Assembly (NCBI GenBank): GCA_014874235.1
Contig: JACWAC010000001.1
Coordinates: forward strand, 1 to 38,894
DNA from: Thermoplasmatales archaeon
Lineage (GTDB): Archaea; Thermoplasmatota; Thermoplasmata; Thermoplasmatales; GCA-001856825
Reading direction: 5' to 3'
DNA length: 38,894 bases
Both the position numbers and the translations under genes were made by a program. This document shows, one piece after another, positions 38,073-38,894 of this stretch. Under the pieces are notes generated by a model, which worked only from the letters and a program-made list of their open reading frames with translations, was not told the origin of the DNA and did not search any database. How positions within the stretch are numbered: the first letter of the stretch is position 1; every line of letters starts with the position of its first letter.

Positions 38073-38576
38073 TCACCGGTCAGCAAGATTAATGTCGGGA
38101 TTTACTGCATTTGAGTAGTCGAAGTCCTTGATAATTTTGTGAACTTGTCTTGTGTCTGTTCTTTCGATTTCAGAGATTTCAAACAACTTATCCAGAACAG
38201 CAAGATATTCCGTTCTATTCCTGTAGACTCCAAACACTATGAAATCTATGTCTCCGCTGACATTGTAGATCGATAGAATCCCTGGCAGATTCTTCAATTT
38301 TTGACCTAGTTTCTCGATATAGTTGAGACCATATTTTGCCCTGACTAGTATTACAACAGGATAATCCAGATCAAATCTGTCACAGTTCAGTGTTGCCTTT
38401 ACACCGTTTATTAGTCCTCTTTTGCTCAGAGATTTCTTCCTCTTACTCACTGCAGAAGGTGAGAATAATCCAATCTTTTTGCCCAGTTGAGAATTTGACT
38501 GTGATGCGTCCGCCGTCAGCTGCTTTATGAGTCTAAGGTCAAAAATATCAGGGTCGTTAGCCCTATGTCGGTCCAT
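38073..38576 (-). CDS. Lrp/AsnC family transcriptional regulator
   Basis: DIFDLRLIKQLTADASQSNSQLGKKIG...SAVSKRKKSLSKRGLI HTH; C-terminal RAM domain with YNVSGDIDF. Confidence 0.92.
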   Translation of the reverse strand: MDRHRANDPDIFDLRLIKQLTADASQSNSQLGKKIGLFSPSAVSKRKKSLSKRGLINGVKATLNCDRFDLDYPVVILVRAKYGLNYIEKLGQKLKNLPGILSIYNVSGDIDFIVFGVYRNRTEYLAVLDKLFEISEIERTDTRQVHKIIKDFDYSNAVNPDINLADR

Positions 38577-38597
38577 TAGAGCACAAATCTGCCCTTA

Positions 38598-38695
38598 TAT
38601 TTAAAATTGAGGCAAACTATTTCCCATATAGTCAAAAGATGGCACTTTTAGTTCTTAATATTGTATCAGATTTGAGTCTTAAACACCTTTAAATA
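38598..38695. promoter_or_regulatory. Divergent TATA boxes for the Lrp and permease genes
   Basis: TTTAAATA on minus (38598-38605) and on plus (38688-38695), each about 22-24 nt before the respective ATG. Confidence 0.6.
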
Positions 38696-38718
38696 AGATA
38701 TAGAATATTTCAATTTTC

Positions 38719-38894
38719 ATGGCCGTCGAAGGTTCTGGCGGAATTCTTAGAAAAAATACGGGCGGACTTTGGCTCGGTGTTTTTCAAAGTTTGGCATTTG
38801 TTGCTCCTGCAGCCACCGCTGCTTCGTTCTATGTAGTTGAGGCGGGAATACTAGGCGCTTCGTTACCGATCACGTATGTGGTAGCCGTCATAGG
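38719..38894 (+). CDS. APC-family amino acid permease, N-terminal fragment (runs off window)
   Basis: Not in ORF track; translates MAVEGSGGILRKNTGGLWLGVFQSLAFVAPAATAASFYVVEAGILGASLPITYVVAVI, a typical APC TM1/TM2 pattern. Confidence 0.82.
   Translation, partial: MAVEGSGGILRKNTGGLWLGVFQSLAFVAPAATAASFYVVEAGILGASLPITYVVAVI

Noticed and set aside
38584..38674. CAAATCTG/CAGATTTG inverted 8-mers in the lrp-permease intergenic region
   Set aside because: Arms are 75 nt apart in AT-rich DNA; insufficient support as an Lrp site.
1..38894. CRISPR arrays, IS elements, integrases, rRNA, tRNA introns
   Set aside because: No regularly spaced repeats, transposase or integrase motifs, rRNA-like sequence or tRNA insertions were seen.

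Overview
Gene-dense archaeal chromosomal window, most consistent with a Thermoplasmatales member (TA0938-family gene, split nuoJ, complex I without nuoEFG, TATA promoters with short or absent leaders, GGAGGTGA-type RBS, CCA-less tRNAs). Left to right: an AT-rich DUF4145/HEPN-like gene at the 3' side of tRNA-Ala(GGC); cyoE and alaX; grpE-dnaK-dnaJ; presenilin-like and site-2 proteases flanking a geranylgeranyl reductase; alaS; trmI-like and taw1. An ~18.7 kb respiratory cluster follows, with two different succinate:quinone oxidoreductase operons in tandem. The first is a mycobacterial Sdh1-like complex with a putative Rieske-type anchor plus a 56-aa membrane ORF missing from the ORF track; the second is a diheme-type sdhACDB. 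After these come nuoABCDHIJ1J2KLMN with two coupled unknown ORFs, ubiX and a polyprenyl synthase. The right end has a GNAT, a TA0938 + zinc-finger/CADD-like gene pair, tRNA-Leu(TAG), and an accessory module (unknown ~427-aa enzyme-like protein with a perfect palindromic operator candidate, Lrp regulator, APC permease truncated by the window edge). No CRISPR array, transposase or rRNA was seen. All calls come from motif recognition by eye; no searches were run.
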